In this document: one piece after another, positions 42,977-52,282 of the stretch | Numbering within the stretch: position 1 is the stretch's first letter | Layout of the letters: each line of letters opens with the position of its first letter | NCBI GenBank assembly: GCA_036149055.1 | Contig: JAYZQJ010000033.1 | Location: forward strand, 1-64,000 | Length of the DNA stretch: 64,000 nt | Reading direction: 5' to 3' | From: Myxococcota bacterium | GTDB taxonomy: Bacteria; Myxococcota_A; Polyangia; Polyangiales; Sandaracinaceae | Notes under the pieces: generated by a model | Databases searched by the model: none | Seen by the model: the letters and a program-made list of their open reading frames with translations, nothing else | What the model was told of the DNA's origin: nothing | Translations under genes and position numbers: made by a program

Positions 42977-43906
42977 TCAGAAGACCTTCGGGGCGCGCTC
43001 GGCGTGCTCGGGGTGCCAGCGCCGGCTCCAGCGCGCGAGCCCGGGGATGAGCCAGGTGCGGCCGCGGTGGGCGTTCACGCAGGCGTAGATGCGCACGACG
43101 ACTCGCACGAGCTGCAGCAGGCCGACGAAGCAGAGGAACGCCACGAGCGGCAGGCTGGCGGTCTCGGCGGGCGCGATCGAGACGGCGACGACGACGAGCG
43201 CGAGGGCGAGCACGACCAGCCCGAGGGAGACGGCGCCCATGAGCGCGCTCTGCCGCGCGTGGAAGCGGATCCACGGGTCGCGGCTCCGGACGTTGAAGAG
43301 CGAGACGAAGAGAAAGATGCCGCCGAAGGGCAGGTAGCAGAGGACCGCGAGGCCCGTGTTCTTCGGCGCGGCGGCGCTCTCCTGGCCGTCCGCGCGGGGC
43401 AGGTCGAGGGCGTCGGCGATCGCGCGGGCCAGCCGCTCCCAGCGGGCGCGGCGACGCGGGTGCAAGGGGCGCAGGAGATCCAGGCGGCCTCCGCCCTCGC
43501 GGAGGAGGCTCACCGTGAGCCAGCCCGAGCGCGAGGCCACCAGCGCGACCGAGGTGATCCCCGCGAGCGACTCGACTCGCCCGTCGGCCCGCCGGAGCGT
43601 GCCCGCCGCGAGGTCCAGCTCGAGCTCCGTCCGGCGCGCGCGCATCGGCGCGAGCGCCAGCTGGACGAACCCCACCAGCAGCGGCAGCGCGGTCGCGACG
43701 GCGATGATCGCGCCGGCCGCGAAGCGCGCCGTCGGGCCCTCGTGGAGCGCGCCGGCGCGGAGCGCGAGCAGGCCGGTCAACAGGCCGGTCGCGACGGGCA
43801 GGAGCAGCGCGACGACGAGCGCCTGCCGCACCAGGTCGCCCACCGGCTTCCGGACGCGTAGCCCGTGCGCGGTCTTCTCGAGGTAGCTGTCGATCTCGGT
43901 GGTCAC
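42977..43906 (-). CDS. Membrane protein with C-terminal DUF4870-like domain
   Basis: LAVLCYLP...WIRFHARQS...WLIPG. Confidence 0.65.
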   Translation of the reverse strand: MTTEIDSYLEKTAHGLRVRKPVGDLVRQALVVALLLPVATGLLTGLLALRAGALHEGPTARFAAGAIIAVATALPLLVGFVQLALAPMRARRTELELDLAAGTLRRADGRVESLAGITSVALVASRSGWLTVSLLREGGGRLDLLRPLHPRRRARWERLARAIADALDLPRADGQESAAAPKNTGLAVLCYLPFGGIFLFVSLFNVRSRDPWIRFHARQSALMGAVSLGLVVLALALVVVAVSIAPAETASLPLVAFLCFVGLLQLVRVVVRIYACVNAHRGRTWLIPGLARWSRRWHPEHAERAPKVF

Positions 43907-43978
43907 GTCGGCCCGGCCGAGTCTCTGCGCCGCGCCGCGCGAGCGCAAGGCGCGTCAGGTAGAGGTATCAGGTCGGGC

Positions 43979-45436
43979 TCACGGCGCGCGAACGTGGAGC
44001 ACTCGCTCGCGCACCAGGAGGTCCGGGTCCGGCGCGGTGGCGTGGCCTGGCTCGACGTAGACGCGGAACACGACGGTGAGGAGCTGGAGCAGGCCGGCGC
44101 CGCTCGGGCAGGTCCCCGTCGGCACCTCGAGGCAGTAGGCGTCGCCGGCGCAGTCTCGGGCCACGCGCCAGGCGAAGAGGGCGCTCGCGTCGGGGTCGCC
44201 CGGAAGGAAGCGCTCGGCGCTGCCGGACCAGTCCTCGCTGGTCACCGCCGCCACGCCCACCAAGTGGGAGAGGGCGTACACGCTCGCGCTCGCGTAGGTG
44301 GCCTTGCCGGTCGCCACGTGGTCGACGCCGATGACGTAGACGGAGTCTCGGTTCAGGATCGTGAACGCCTCCGCGCCGAGGCTCGGATAGAGCGCGTCAC
44401 GGTTGTCCCCCAGGCATGGTGCGCCGGTCTCGATGCACGCCTCGGGGTCCGCGGTGCCTTCGTTGGCCGGGTACGACCGGATCGCGTCGCCGGGGTGCGC
44501 TGCGCGGATCGCGGCTTCCAGTCGGTCGAGCGCCGCCGGGAGGCCATCGCGGGTCTCGTCCACGGTCGCGTCCTTCGGGCGGGCGGGCGGGGACGCGAGC
44601 GGATCGGGGGCGAGCGGCGTGCTCGGGGTCACCCGCAGGAGCGTCGCGCCCGGGTCGGTCACCCAGGCGGCGCCGGCCGCTCGGTCCGCGAAGAGCGCGA
44701 CCCGCGCGAGCAGGGAGAGGGTATCGGCCGGCTCGTCGAGGCCGAAGGCGACGACGCTCGGATCGAGCGTCACGAGGTTGATCGCCTCGTCCGGCACGCC
44801 GGACGCGACGAGCGCCGAGCGCACCCGCGCCTCCGTGGTCGCGTTGCCGGTCATGACGAGCGCGAACGGTCGGTCGTACACCTCGGGCCCGCCCTCGACG
44901 CGGATCGTCTCCGGGTTGAGCGTCTCGTCGAGGCTGGCGAAGGGCACGCGCCTCGTGCCGTCGTAGTCGCGCTCCAGGAGGTACGGCGTGAAGCCGAAGT
45001 AGCGGACGTCGGGCGGCGTGCGCCCGACCAGAACGACCGCCTCGTCCTGCCGCATGCGGAAGCCGGGGGAGGTGCCGTCGGAGGCCTCGTCGAAGTTCGG
45101 CGCCGTCTGCCCCGGACCCCGCGGCAAGTAGAAGCTGAGGTAGGGGCTCGAAGGGTTGTTCCCCGAGCAGCTCCGACCCATCTCGCAGCACATCGAGAGA
45201 TCGACCGCCTCGAAGCGGCCGTCGAGCGTATCGAGCCCCTCGGCCGCCATCGTCTCCCGCAGCCCGGGGAGGCTCGCGTCGAGCTCCGAGCTGGCATCCG
45301 TCGGGGTCGCCGCGTCCGGGGCGGCCGTCCCGGCGTCGTCGGTCGCGGCGTCCATCGAGCCGGAGCCCCCGTCGACCCCGGGGCTCCCCGAGCAGGCGGT
45401 GAGGGCGAGCCCGAGCGACAGAAAGGCGTGTCTCAT
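43979..45436 (-). CDS. Lipoprotein of unknown function
   Basis: Lipobox LTAC; long natural ORF. Confidence 0.75.
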   Translation of the reverse strand: MRHAFLSLGLALTACSGSPGVDGGSGSMDAATDDAGTAAPDAATPTDASSELDASLPGLRETMAAEGLDTLDGRFEAVDLSMCCEMGRSCSGNNPSSPYLSFYLPRGPGQTAPNFDEASDGTSPGFRMRQDEAVVLVGRTPPDVRYFGFTPYLLERDYDGTRRVPFASLDETLNPETIRVEGGPEVYDRPFALVMTGNATTEARVRSALVASGVPDEAINLVTLDPSVVAFGLDEPADTLSLLARVALFADRAAGAAWVTDPGATLLRVTPSTPLAPDPLASPPARPKDATVDETRDGLPAALDRLEAAIRAAHPGDAIRSYPANEGTADPEACIETGAPCLGDNRDALYPSLGAEAFTILNRDSVYVIGVDHVATGKATYASASVYALSHLVGVAAVTSEDWSGSAERFLPGDPDASALFAWRVARDCAGDAYCLEVPTGTCPSGAGLLQLLTVVFRVYVEPGHATAPDPDLLVRERVLHVRAP

Positions 45437-45567
45437 TCGGTGTAGATGGCTCTATCAGCATCGGTGTTCAAGTGACGGGGCGCGCCGCGCTGACGAGGGC
45501 CGGAGAGACGGACGGTGTGGCGTGAACATGGGTTGCGGATGGACGTTGGCCGCGAGAGAGTCTGCGC

Positions 45568-46602
45568 ATGGCCGGCAGCGCTCGCGTCGTGATCCGAACC
45601 CCCCAGCCGGTGCGCTCCCTGGTCTGGGCCGGCGACGAGCTGGTCGACTGGGTGTCGGGCGGGCAGCGCTACGCGCTCGATGGGAGCCACACACCGCGAG
45701 CGAGATTCTTCGCCTTCCGGTTCGATGCGGCGGTGGGCTCGTCCGACGGCACGATGGCGGTCGTGTACGAGCGCGGCGGCACCAAGGGGCTCGTCCTCCA
45801 GCACGGTGAGCACGTCCGCGAGATCGACCGCAGCTACTACTGCGCCAACTCCTACGCCTATCCGGTCTGCTTCTGGTCGCGGGGCGGGCGCCACCTGCTG
45901 GTCCATTGCCCGGACGAGTACAACCGGCTCGAGATCGAAGACGCGCTGACCGGCGAGCGGCTGACGCCTCGCGCGGAGGGCGTCGAGCCCGAGGACTTCT
46001 TCCACTCCCGGCTCGAGGTGAGCCCCGGAGGCGCGCGACTGCTCAGCGCAGGCTGGGTGTGGCATCCGTGGGACGCGGTGGCGCTCTACGAGCTCGAGGA
46101 GGCTCTGCGCGACCCGGCCCGCCTCGACGTCCCCGCGTACCCCGACGCCCCTCACGTGGGGGCGATCGAGGAGGCCTCCGCGACCTGGCAGACCGACGCG
46201 CGCGTGATCCTCACGGCGTCCGGCGACGAAGCCGACGACGACTCCGACGACGACCCGGAGGGCGACGGTGAGCTCCGCCTCCGGCCGCGCGGCGTGGCCG
46301 TCTACGACGTGCCGGAGCGGCGCTGCGTCAGCGCGTGCAAGCTCGACCGGCCGGCGGGGCGAGTCATGGCCGTCGGCACCGAGCACGGGCTCGCGCTGTA
46401 CGAGCACCCCCGCCTGCTCCGCCTCTCCGACGGCGTCGAGCTCGAGTCGTGGCCCGATCTTCCGAGCGGCACCGAGATGTCGAGCATCTTCCGGCAGGAC
46501 CCGGCGCCGCCTCCGATGGCGCTCGACGCCGCCCACCGCCGCGTCGCCATCGCCCGCGGCGACGAGATCCACGTGCTCCTGCTTCCGCCCGACCTCCGGT
46601 GA
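45568..46602 (+). CDS. Hypothetical protein, possibly a beta-propeller
   Basis: Natural composition; FHSRLEVSPGGARLLSAGWVWHPW. Confidence 0.7.
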   Translation: MAGSARVVIRTPQPVRSLVWAGDELVDWVSGGQRYALDGSHTPRARFFAFRFDAAVGSSDGTMAVVYERGGTKGLVLQHGEHVREIDRSYYCANSYAYPVCFWSRGGRHLLVHCPDEYNRLEIEDALTGERLTPRAEGVEPEDFFHSRLEVSPGGARLLSAGWVWHPWDAVALYELEEALRDPARLDVPAYPDAPHVGAIEEASATWQTDARVILTASGDEADDDSDDDPEGDGELRLRPRGVAVYDVPERRCVSACKLDRPAGRVMAVGTEHGLALYEHPRLLRLSDGVELESWPDLPSGTEMSSIFRQDPAPPPMALDAAHRRVAIARGDEIHVLLLPPDLR

Positions 46603-46656
46603 CTGCCATCCCGGTTCTCGCATGACCCCTCCGAAGACCGGCGGTAGGCTGGCCGC

Positions 46657-47328
46657 ATGCGCATCGGTTCCGTGGCGTGGCTGGCGCTCGCGCTCGTCAG
46701 CGCGCCGGTCCTCGCGGAGGACGTGCCGGTCGGCGACGATCCGGACCCGGCGGCCTCCCTCGGGCTCGAGGTGGATCGGTGGCGCGCCGACCCTCGCTCG
46801 CCGGCCTGCCAGGCGGCCGTGGCCGCGTCGGCCCGGGTGACGGAGCTCGAGCGCGCGGTGCGGGCGCGCTCGCTCGCGCCCCCTGGAGGAGCCCGGAGCG
46901 TCGAGCTCGAGCGGTGGGCTGCGGGGGAGCTCTCGGCCTACTTCGAGGCCGCGGCTGCGGACCTCCGCGCGCTCGAGCGCGCGGTCCGAGAGGTGCACGA
47001 ACACGGCTGCCTGCTCGCGAGCCTCGACGCGCTGCGTGCCCTCGGCGACGCCCACGACGCGGTGGCGCGTCGCGTCGACGACGCGGCGCCCACCCAGGAC
47101 CCAGGCTGCGCTCCCGACCTCCTCGCGTCGCTCCGGTGGACGGCACGGCGGGCCTGGCTTCGGTGCCACACGCTCGCGGTCCGGGAGCGCGCGTACACGC
47201 CCGCGGTCCGCGCCTGTCTCGACGGCCTCGATCGCACGGGGCTCGACGCGCCCCCGGCCGAGCTCGTCCCGAGCGGCTCGTGGCGCGGGGGAGGCGCCGC
47301 GCCGCCGCCGCCTCAGAACGCGAAGTAG
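46657..47328 (+). CDS. Secreted hypothetical protein
   Basis: Signal peptide MRIGSVAWLALALVSAPVLA. Confidence 0.55.
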   Translation: MRIGSVAWLALALVSAPVLAEDVPVGDDPDPAASLGLEVDRWRADPRSPACQAAVAASARVTELERAVRARSLAPPGGARSVELERWAAGELSAYFEAAAADLRALERAVREVHEHGCLLASLDALRALGDAHDAVARRVDDAAPTQDPGCAPDLLASLRWTARRAWLRCHTLAVRERAYTPAVRACLDGLDRTGLDAPPAELVPSGSWRGGGAAPPPPQNAK

Positions 47329-48257
47329 CAGGGCATGCAGAGCACGACGCGCTCGGCGGCGTCGAAGCGGAGCTCGGTCTCGCGCTCGCAGGCGGGGCAG
47401 ATCCCGGGGACGCGCGCGCCGTCCTTCCGGAGGGCGTGCCGCGCGATCGTGGCGGCCGAGCGCTCCCGGAGGTCTCCGCGCTGCCCGTCTCGGCGCGCCT
47501 CGCGCGCGGCGTGGCGCTCGGCTCTCTCGGCGGCGGCTCGGGCCGCGGCGGCGCGCTCCTCGCGGCGCCTCCGGAGGTCGGCGAGCGGGTCCGGGGCGGC
47601 CCACGGCGGGAGGCGAGGAGCGCCGCCCAGCCGGGCCTCTTCGAGCGCGCGGTCGAGCCAGTCGCCGTACCACGCCAGGAAGCCGGAGTCGGAGGGGAGC
47701 GGGCCCCCGACGAAGTCCCGAGCCCAGTCGCGGAACGGCATCACGCCGCACTCGTTCGCGCGGTCGTCGATCCAGACCTCGCCGGCGAAGGGGCCGTCGA
47801 GCACGAGGAGCGAGCGGGTGGCGCAGCCGAGGTCGCCGAGGTCCCAGGTGCCGTGCCCGAGGTCGATGCCTTCGGCCTCCGACGGCCCGGTGAGCGGGAA
47901 GGGGAGCGAAGGGCCCTGCGGCCCGGAGAGCGCGCGCCGCACCGCGCCGTCGTAGAGGAACGGGGCGGTGTCGTCCTCGGGTCGCGGGAGCACCTCGCCG
48001 CGCGCGTCGTCGACGAAGGCGAACGCGACGAGGCCGAGCTCCGGGCCCGCCCCGCCGTTGCCCGCGGTCGTCACGAAGCGACGGTAGGGCTCGGGCAGCC
48101 GCACGCCGTAGCGGGCTTCGATCCGCGCGAGCATCGCGGGCGCGAGCGGCGGCGCGAGCCGGTGGCGATGCTCCAGCGCGCCGTACACCTGGAGCGCGGG
48201 GTCGGCCCTCCGGAGCCGCGCCAGCCGGTGCAGCAGCGATTCGATCTCTGCGTCCAT
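47313..48257 (-). CDS. SMI1/KNR4 (SUKH) family protein with C-terminal zinc ribbon
   Basis: IEARYGVRLPEPYRRFV...GNGGAGP, DLGC, GEVWID, FLAWYGDWL; CPAC...CMPC. Confidence 0.75.
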   Translation of the reverse strand: MDAEIESLLHRLARLRRADPALQVYGALEHRHRLAPPLAPAMLARIEARYGVRLPEPYRRFVTTAGNGGAGPELGLVAFAFVDDARGEVLPRPEDDTAPFLYDGAVRRALSGPQGPSLPFPLTGPSEAEGIDLGHGTWDLGDLGCATRSLLVLDGPFAGEVWIDDRANECGVMPFRDWARDFVGGPLPSDSGFLAWYGDWLDRALEEARLGGAPRLPPWAAPDPLADLRRRREERAAAARAAAERAERHAAREARRDGQRGDLRERSAATIARHALRKDGARVPGICPACERETELRFDAAERVVLCMPCYFAF

Positions 48258-48322
48258 CCTCGCCAACGCCGACGGGATACCACGGGCTTGCAATCCGGTG
48301 GACGGAGCGGCACCTCGGGAGG

Positions 48323-49144
48323 GTGCGGGTCGAGACCACGCGAGGGGAGGGGGACTGGGTCTACGCGCGGGCGCGGCCGGAAGCGCTGACCCCGTGGGTG
48401 GACCATCTCTGGACGTTCCGGGGGCCGACCGCGGACCGGTTCAAGCGCGTCTTTCCGAACGGGTGTCTGGAGCTGATCGTCAGCTTCGAGGGGGCGTACC
48501 GGGTGGAGGGCTTCTCGCTGGAGGCGGCGGCGGTGAGCGGGCTCTCGGCGGGGCCGCTGGTGGTGGAGCAGCCGCCAGCGCAGGACGTGATGGCCGCGCG
48601 GCTGACGCCGGCCGGCGCCCGGGCGCTCCTCGGGGTGCCGATGGAGTCGCTCGCGCATCGGCACCTCGCCCTCGAGGACCTGATCGGCGCCTCGGCGCGA
48701 GAGCTGCGTGAGAGGGCCGCGGGGCTCGGCGTGGAGCGGCGCCTGCACGCGCTGGCCGGCTGGCTCCGCGCGCGCCTCTCGCCGCCGCCGCGGGACGCCG
48801 CGAGCTGGATGGTGGAGGCCCTGGTGGAGAGCCGCGGCTGCGCGTCGATCGAGGCGCTGCGGCTCGAGGCGGGCTTCTCCAAGCGGCGGCTGCTGGCGTC
48901 GTTCCGGGAGCGGGTGGGGCTGACGCCGAAGCGGTACGCCCGGGTGCTGCGCTTCCACCGGGCGCTGACCACGCTGCAGGGCGCCGCGCCGGGCGCGCGG
49001 CTCATCGAGGTGGCGCACGCGGCCGGCTTCTACGACCAGGCGCACATGAACGCCGAGTTCCGGGCCCTCGGCGGGCTGACCCCCTCGGCGTTCCTCGACG
49101 CGCGGCACCCGGTCGGCGACGGATCGACCGCCGCCGACCGCTGA
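48323..49144 (+). CDS. AraC family transcriptional regulator
   Basis: VGLTPKRYARVLRF...AGFYDQAHMNAEFRALGGLTP. Confidence 0.9.
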   Translation: MRVETTRGEGDWVYARARPEALTPWVDHLWTFRGPTADRFKRVFPNGCLELIVSFEGAYRVEGFSLEAAAVSGLSAGPLVVEQPPAQDVMAARLTPAGARALLGVPMESLAHRHLALEDLIGASARELRERAAGLGVERRLHALAGWLRARLSPPPRDAASWMVEALVESRGCASIEALRLEAGFSKRRLLASFRERVGLTPKRYARVLRFHRALTTLQGAAPGARLIEVAHAAGFYDQAHMNAEFRALGGLTPSAFLDARHPVGDGSTAADR

Positions 49145-49148
49145 GCTT

Positions 49149-49378
49149 GCTGGAGGGTTTGGTGCAAACCCTCCCCCCATTGGGCAAAGCGCCAATGGGG
49201 CCCCCCTCCCGACTCCGCCGGCGCCTCGCGCTGCGCGCTCGCGCCGCGAGCCCAGCGACGGGGCGCTGGGGGCCCTGCGGCTCGCGCTCGCGCGCCGCGC
49301 GAGCGGGCCGCCCCCGGCCCCGGGCACGAACCCCGGTGGTGGTGGTGGTCCGTGCGGCGACCTCGCTGCGCTCGTCCC
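49149..49378 (+). repeat. Dispersed structured intergenic element, copy B
   Basis: Hairpins GGAGGGTTTG/CAAACCCTCC and CCCCATTGG/CCAATGGGG; homologous to copies A and C. Confidence 0.85.
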
Positions 49379-49497
49379 CGCCGCCGTTTCGGGTCCGTCG
49401 ACGTGAAAGGCGGCGGTGCTGCGGCTCGACTTGCAGCAAACTGGACGGGCACGGGGCCGATGGGGCACCCCCGAGACAGACGCTCTCGGAGGCACCC

Positions 49498-49977
49498 ATG
49501 CAGATGGAACGAACCCGACTCTTCGTCGACGGCGTCCGCGCGCCGCTCAAGGCGGACGTGACCCGACGACGCGACGACGGCCTGGTGGTGTCGCAGCCCC
49601 TGCCGTTCCTGCGGCTCGACACGCCGGTGACCGAGCACGGCCGCCGGGCCCGGATCTCCCGGGTCGCGATCGCGATGGACGGAGACGTGCCGCGGCTCTT
49701 GCTCGAGCTCTCGCACGACGCCGAGCAGCCCGCGGAGCCGGCGCCCACGGGCGACGACACGCTCGTGGGGTTCACGCCCGGCGTGAGCACGCGGCCGGCG
49801 CGCACCGACGGGACGGTGCCCTACGAGTTCCAGTCGGAGCCGCCGCCTCGCCGCGAGGTCGTGCTCTCCGATCCGCCGCCGGCCCTCGCGCAGCCTCGCC
49901 CGAGCCTGGCGAGCCGCGTCTGGCAGGCCTTCGTCGGCCTCGCGCTGCTCCTGATCGGGCGCGCTCAGCCCAGCTGA
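49498..49977 (+). CDS. Small protein with C-terminal hydrophobic helix, possibly PilZ-like fold
   Basis: GGAGG RBS; beta-rich N-terminal domain, Pro-rich linker, hydrophobic tail. Confidence 0.6.
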   Translation: MQMERTRLFVDGVRAPLKADVTRRRDDGLVVSQPLPFLRLDTPVTEHGRRARISRVAIAMDGDVPRLLLELSHDAEQPAEPAPTGDDTLVGFTPGVSTRPARTDGTVPYEFQSEPPPRREVVLSDPPPALAQPRPSLASRVWQAFVGLALLLIGRAQPS

Positions 49978-52193
49978 GGCCCGCCGAACTCGCGCGCCCA
50001 GCCGACGAAGTCGGAGGGGCGCATCGGCCGCCCGAAGAAGAAGCCCTGCACCTCGTCGCAGGCGTGCGCACGGAGGAAGGCGAGCTGCGCCTCCGTCTCC
50101 ACGCCCTCGGCGACGATGGTGGCGCCGAGCGCGTGGCCGAGCGCGATGACCGCGCCGGTGATCGCGGCGCTCGTCTCCTGCTCGCAGACCTTGGAGACGA
50201 AGGATCGGTCGATCTTGATGACGTGGATCGGGAAGCTCGCGAGGTAGCTCAGCGAGCTGTACCCGGTGCCGAAGTCGTCGACGGTGACGAGCACGCCGAC
50301 CTCCTCGAAGCGCTCGAGCAGCGCCCGATGCCGATCGGTCCGCTCGAGGATCGTGCGCTCGGTGATCTCGAGCTCCAGCCGCTCGGGGGCCAGCCCGCTC
50401 TCGGCGAGCGCGTCGACCACGACGTCGACGAACTCCGGCGCGAGCTGCACCGGGGCCACGTTGACCGAGACGGTGAGCGGCAGGCCCGCGTCCGCCCAGC
50501 CCTTCGCCTCGAGGCACGCGCGGCGCAGCACGCGCTCGCCGAGCGGCACCACCAGCCCGGTGTCCTCGGCGACCGGGATGAACTCGGCCGGAGAGATGAA
50601 CCCCTCCTCGGGGTGCTCCCAGCGCACCAGCGCCTCGGCGCCGACCACCGTGTCGTCCTCGAGGGAGACCCGCGGCTGATAGAACACGGTGAGCGCGTCC
50701 TCTTCGATCGCGAGCCGCAGCTCCTTCTCGATCCAGGCGCGGCGGCGCGCCCGCTCGCTCAGCTCGTCGGTGAAGAAGCAGTAGCCGTTCCGGCCGCTCG
50801 CCTTGGCGTGATAGAGCGCCGCGTCGGAGTGGCGGACGAGCGTCTCGTGGTCGTCGCCGTGCTCGGGGTAGACCGCGATGCCGATCGACGCGCCGACGTG
50901 ATAGGCGGTGCCCTCGATGACGTAGGGCTCGCCGACCTTCTCGATCAGGCGTGACGCCACCAGGCCCGCGTCTTCGGGCGCGCGCACGTCGGTCAGCACG
51001 ATCATGAACTCGTCGCCGCCGAGCCGCGCCACCTGGGAGTCGCCGGTGCGACCGACCCAGTCGGTGGCCCGCAGCGCGCCGGAGAGCCGCTCGGCGGTCA
51101 TGCGGAGCAGCGCGTCGCCGACGCCGTGACCGCCCGCGTCGTTGACCTGCTTGAAGCGGTCGAGGTCGATCGAGAGCACCGCGAGCGGCCGGCCGGTGCG
51201 CTTGGCGCCGAAGAGCATGCGCCCGGTCAGCGACTCGATGTAGCGGCGGTTGGCCAGCCCGGTGAGGTGATCGAAGTTGGCGAGGCGGGTGATGCGGTCC
51301 TGCGCGGCGAGCAGGTCCGACGTCTCCTTCGCGAGCGCCGCGTGGGCGCGCTCGAGCTCGGCGACGGCGTGCCGACGCTCGGTCACGTCGCGGAGGATGG
51401 TGGCGACGAGCCGCCGGCCCTCGACCGCGGCCTTCGCGATCTCGACGTGCCGGATCGCGTCGCCCATCCGCAGCGTCAGCTCGCCGCGGCCGTCACACGC
51501 GCTCCAGCCCGGGACGCGCGCCTCGAGCCGATCGCCGACGGAGAGCGGCGCCAGGAGCGCCTCCGCGGCCGGGTTCAGCTGCTCGACCCGCCCGGCCTCG
51601 TCGCAGACGACGACCGCGTCGGCGAGGTTGGCGAGGATCGCGTCGAGCCTGCGCTCTCGGTCCACGACCTCGGCGCGCAGCCGCCTCCGCTCCTTGACGT
51701 CCGGGGTCGGCTCCGCGCGCAGCACCACCGCGTGGGCCGTGTGCTCGCCGACCTGGAGCGCGCGCGCGGCGGCGACCGGCAGGGCCGGCCCGTGGATGCG
51801 CGCCTCGGCGTAGAGGGGCAGGCCGAGCTCGAGCTCGATCTCGTGCCCCGCCGCCGCCATCGTCGTCTTGGCCGCGCCCGCGACCACGTTGGCGAGCTCG
51901 AGGAGCAGCTCGCGGGCGCCGTCCGCGCCGCCGTCGAGCCCGACCCGCTCGGCCATCCAGCCGGCGGCGTCGACGCTCGCCGACACGCCGATCATGTAGG
52001 TCTGCGCGTCGCACGCGAGCGAGAGGTAGGCGCCGGGGCGGTCCGGGGGACCCACCGGCTCGGCGACCGTCGGCGCGGGCAGCCCGAACATCTCGGCGCT
52101 GTCCACGAAGGCCTGAACGACGGCCCCGAGCCACTCGGCCACGTCCTCGTCGAGGTCGCGGCGCGGTGGCCCGGCGAGGGCGGTGGCTTCCAT
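49965..52193 (-). CDS. CheX-like/PAS/GGDEF/EAL c-di-GMP enzyme
   Basis: ELANVVAG; RLGGDEF; EALVRW; DDFGTGYSS. Confidence 0.9.
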   Translation of the reverse strand: MEATALAGPPRRDLDEDVAEWLGAVVQAFVDSAEMFGLPAPTVAEPVGPPDRPGAYLSLACDAQTYMIGVSASVDAAGWMAERVGLDGGADGARELLLELANVVAGAAKTTMAAAGHEIELELGLPLYAEARIHGPALPVAAARALQVGEHTAHAVVLRAEPTPDVKERRRLRAEVVDRERRLDAILANLADAVVVCDEAGRVEQLNPAAEALLAPLSVGDRLEARVPGWSACDGRGELTLRMGDAIRHVEIAKAAVEGRRLVATILRDVTERRHAVAELERAHAALAKETSDLLAAQDRITRLANFDHLTGLANRRYIESLTGRMLFGAKRTGRPLAVLSIDLDRFKQVNDAGGHGVGDALLRMTAERLSGALRATDWVGRTGDSQVARLGGDEFMIVLTDVRAPEDAGLVASRLIEKVGEPYVIEGTAYHVGASIGIAVYPEHGDDHETLVRHSDAALYHAKASGRNGYCFFTDELSERARRRAWIEKELRLAIEEDALTVFYQPRVSLEDDTVVGAEALVRWEHPEEGFISPAEFIPVAEDTGLVVPLGERVLRRACLEAKGWADAGLPLTVSVNVAPVQLAPEFVDVVVDALAESGLAPERLELEITERTILERTDRHRALLERFEEVGVLVTVDDFGTGYSSLSYLASFPIHVIKIDRSFVSKVCEQETSAAITGAVIALGHALGATIVAEGVETEAQLAFLRAHACDEVQGFFFGRPMRPSDFVGWAREFGGPQLG

Positions 52194-52282
52194 CGGCCGG
52201 ATCCAACGGAGGCCACGTCCACTTTTGAACGTGTTGTTGTACAGTCGGAGCGTGGTGCGGTGAGGTATGCTCGTGCGCTAGC

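Noticed and set aside
33014..49140. Prophage or recognised anti-phage system
   Set aside because: No integrase, phage structural, nuclease, NTPase or reverse transcriptase motifs recognised
49147..49497. N-terminal extension of ORF 49147-49977, and ORFs 63060-63803 and 9042-9632
   Set aside because: Translations of the repeat element; the RBS supports a start at 49498
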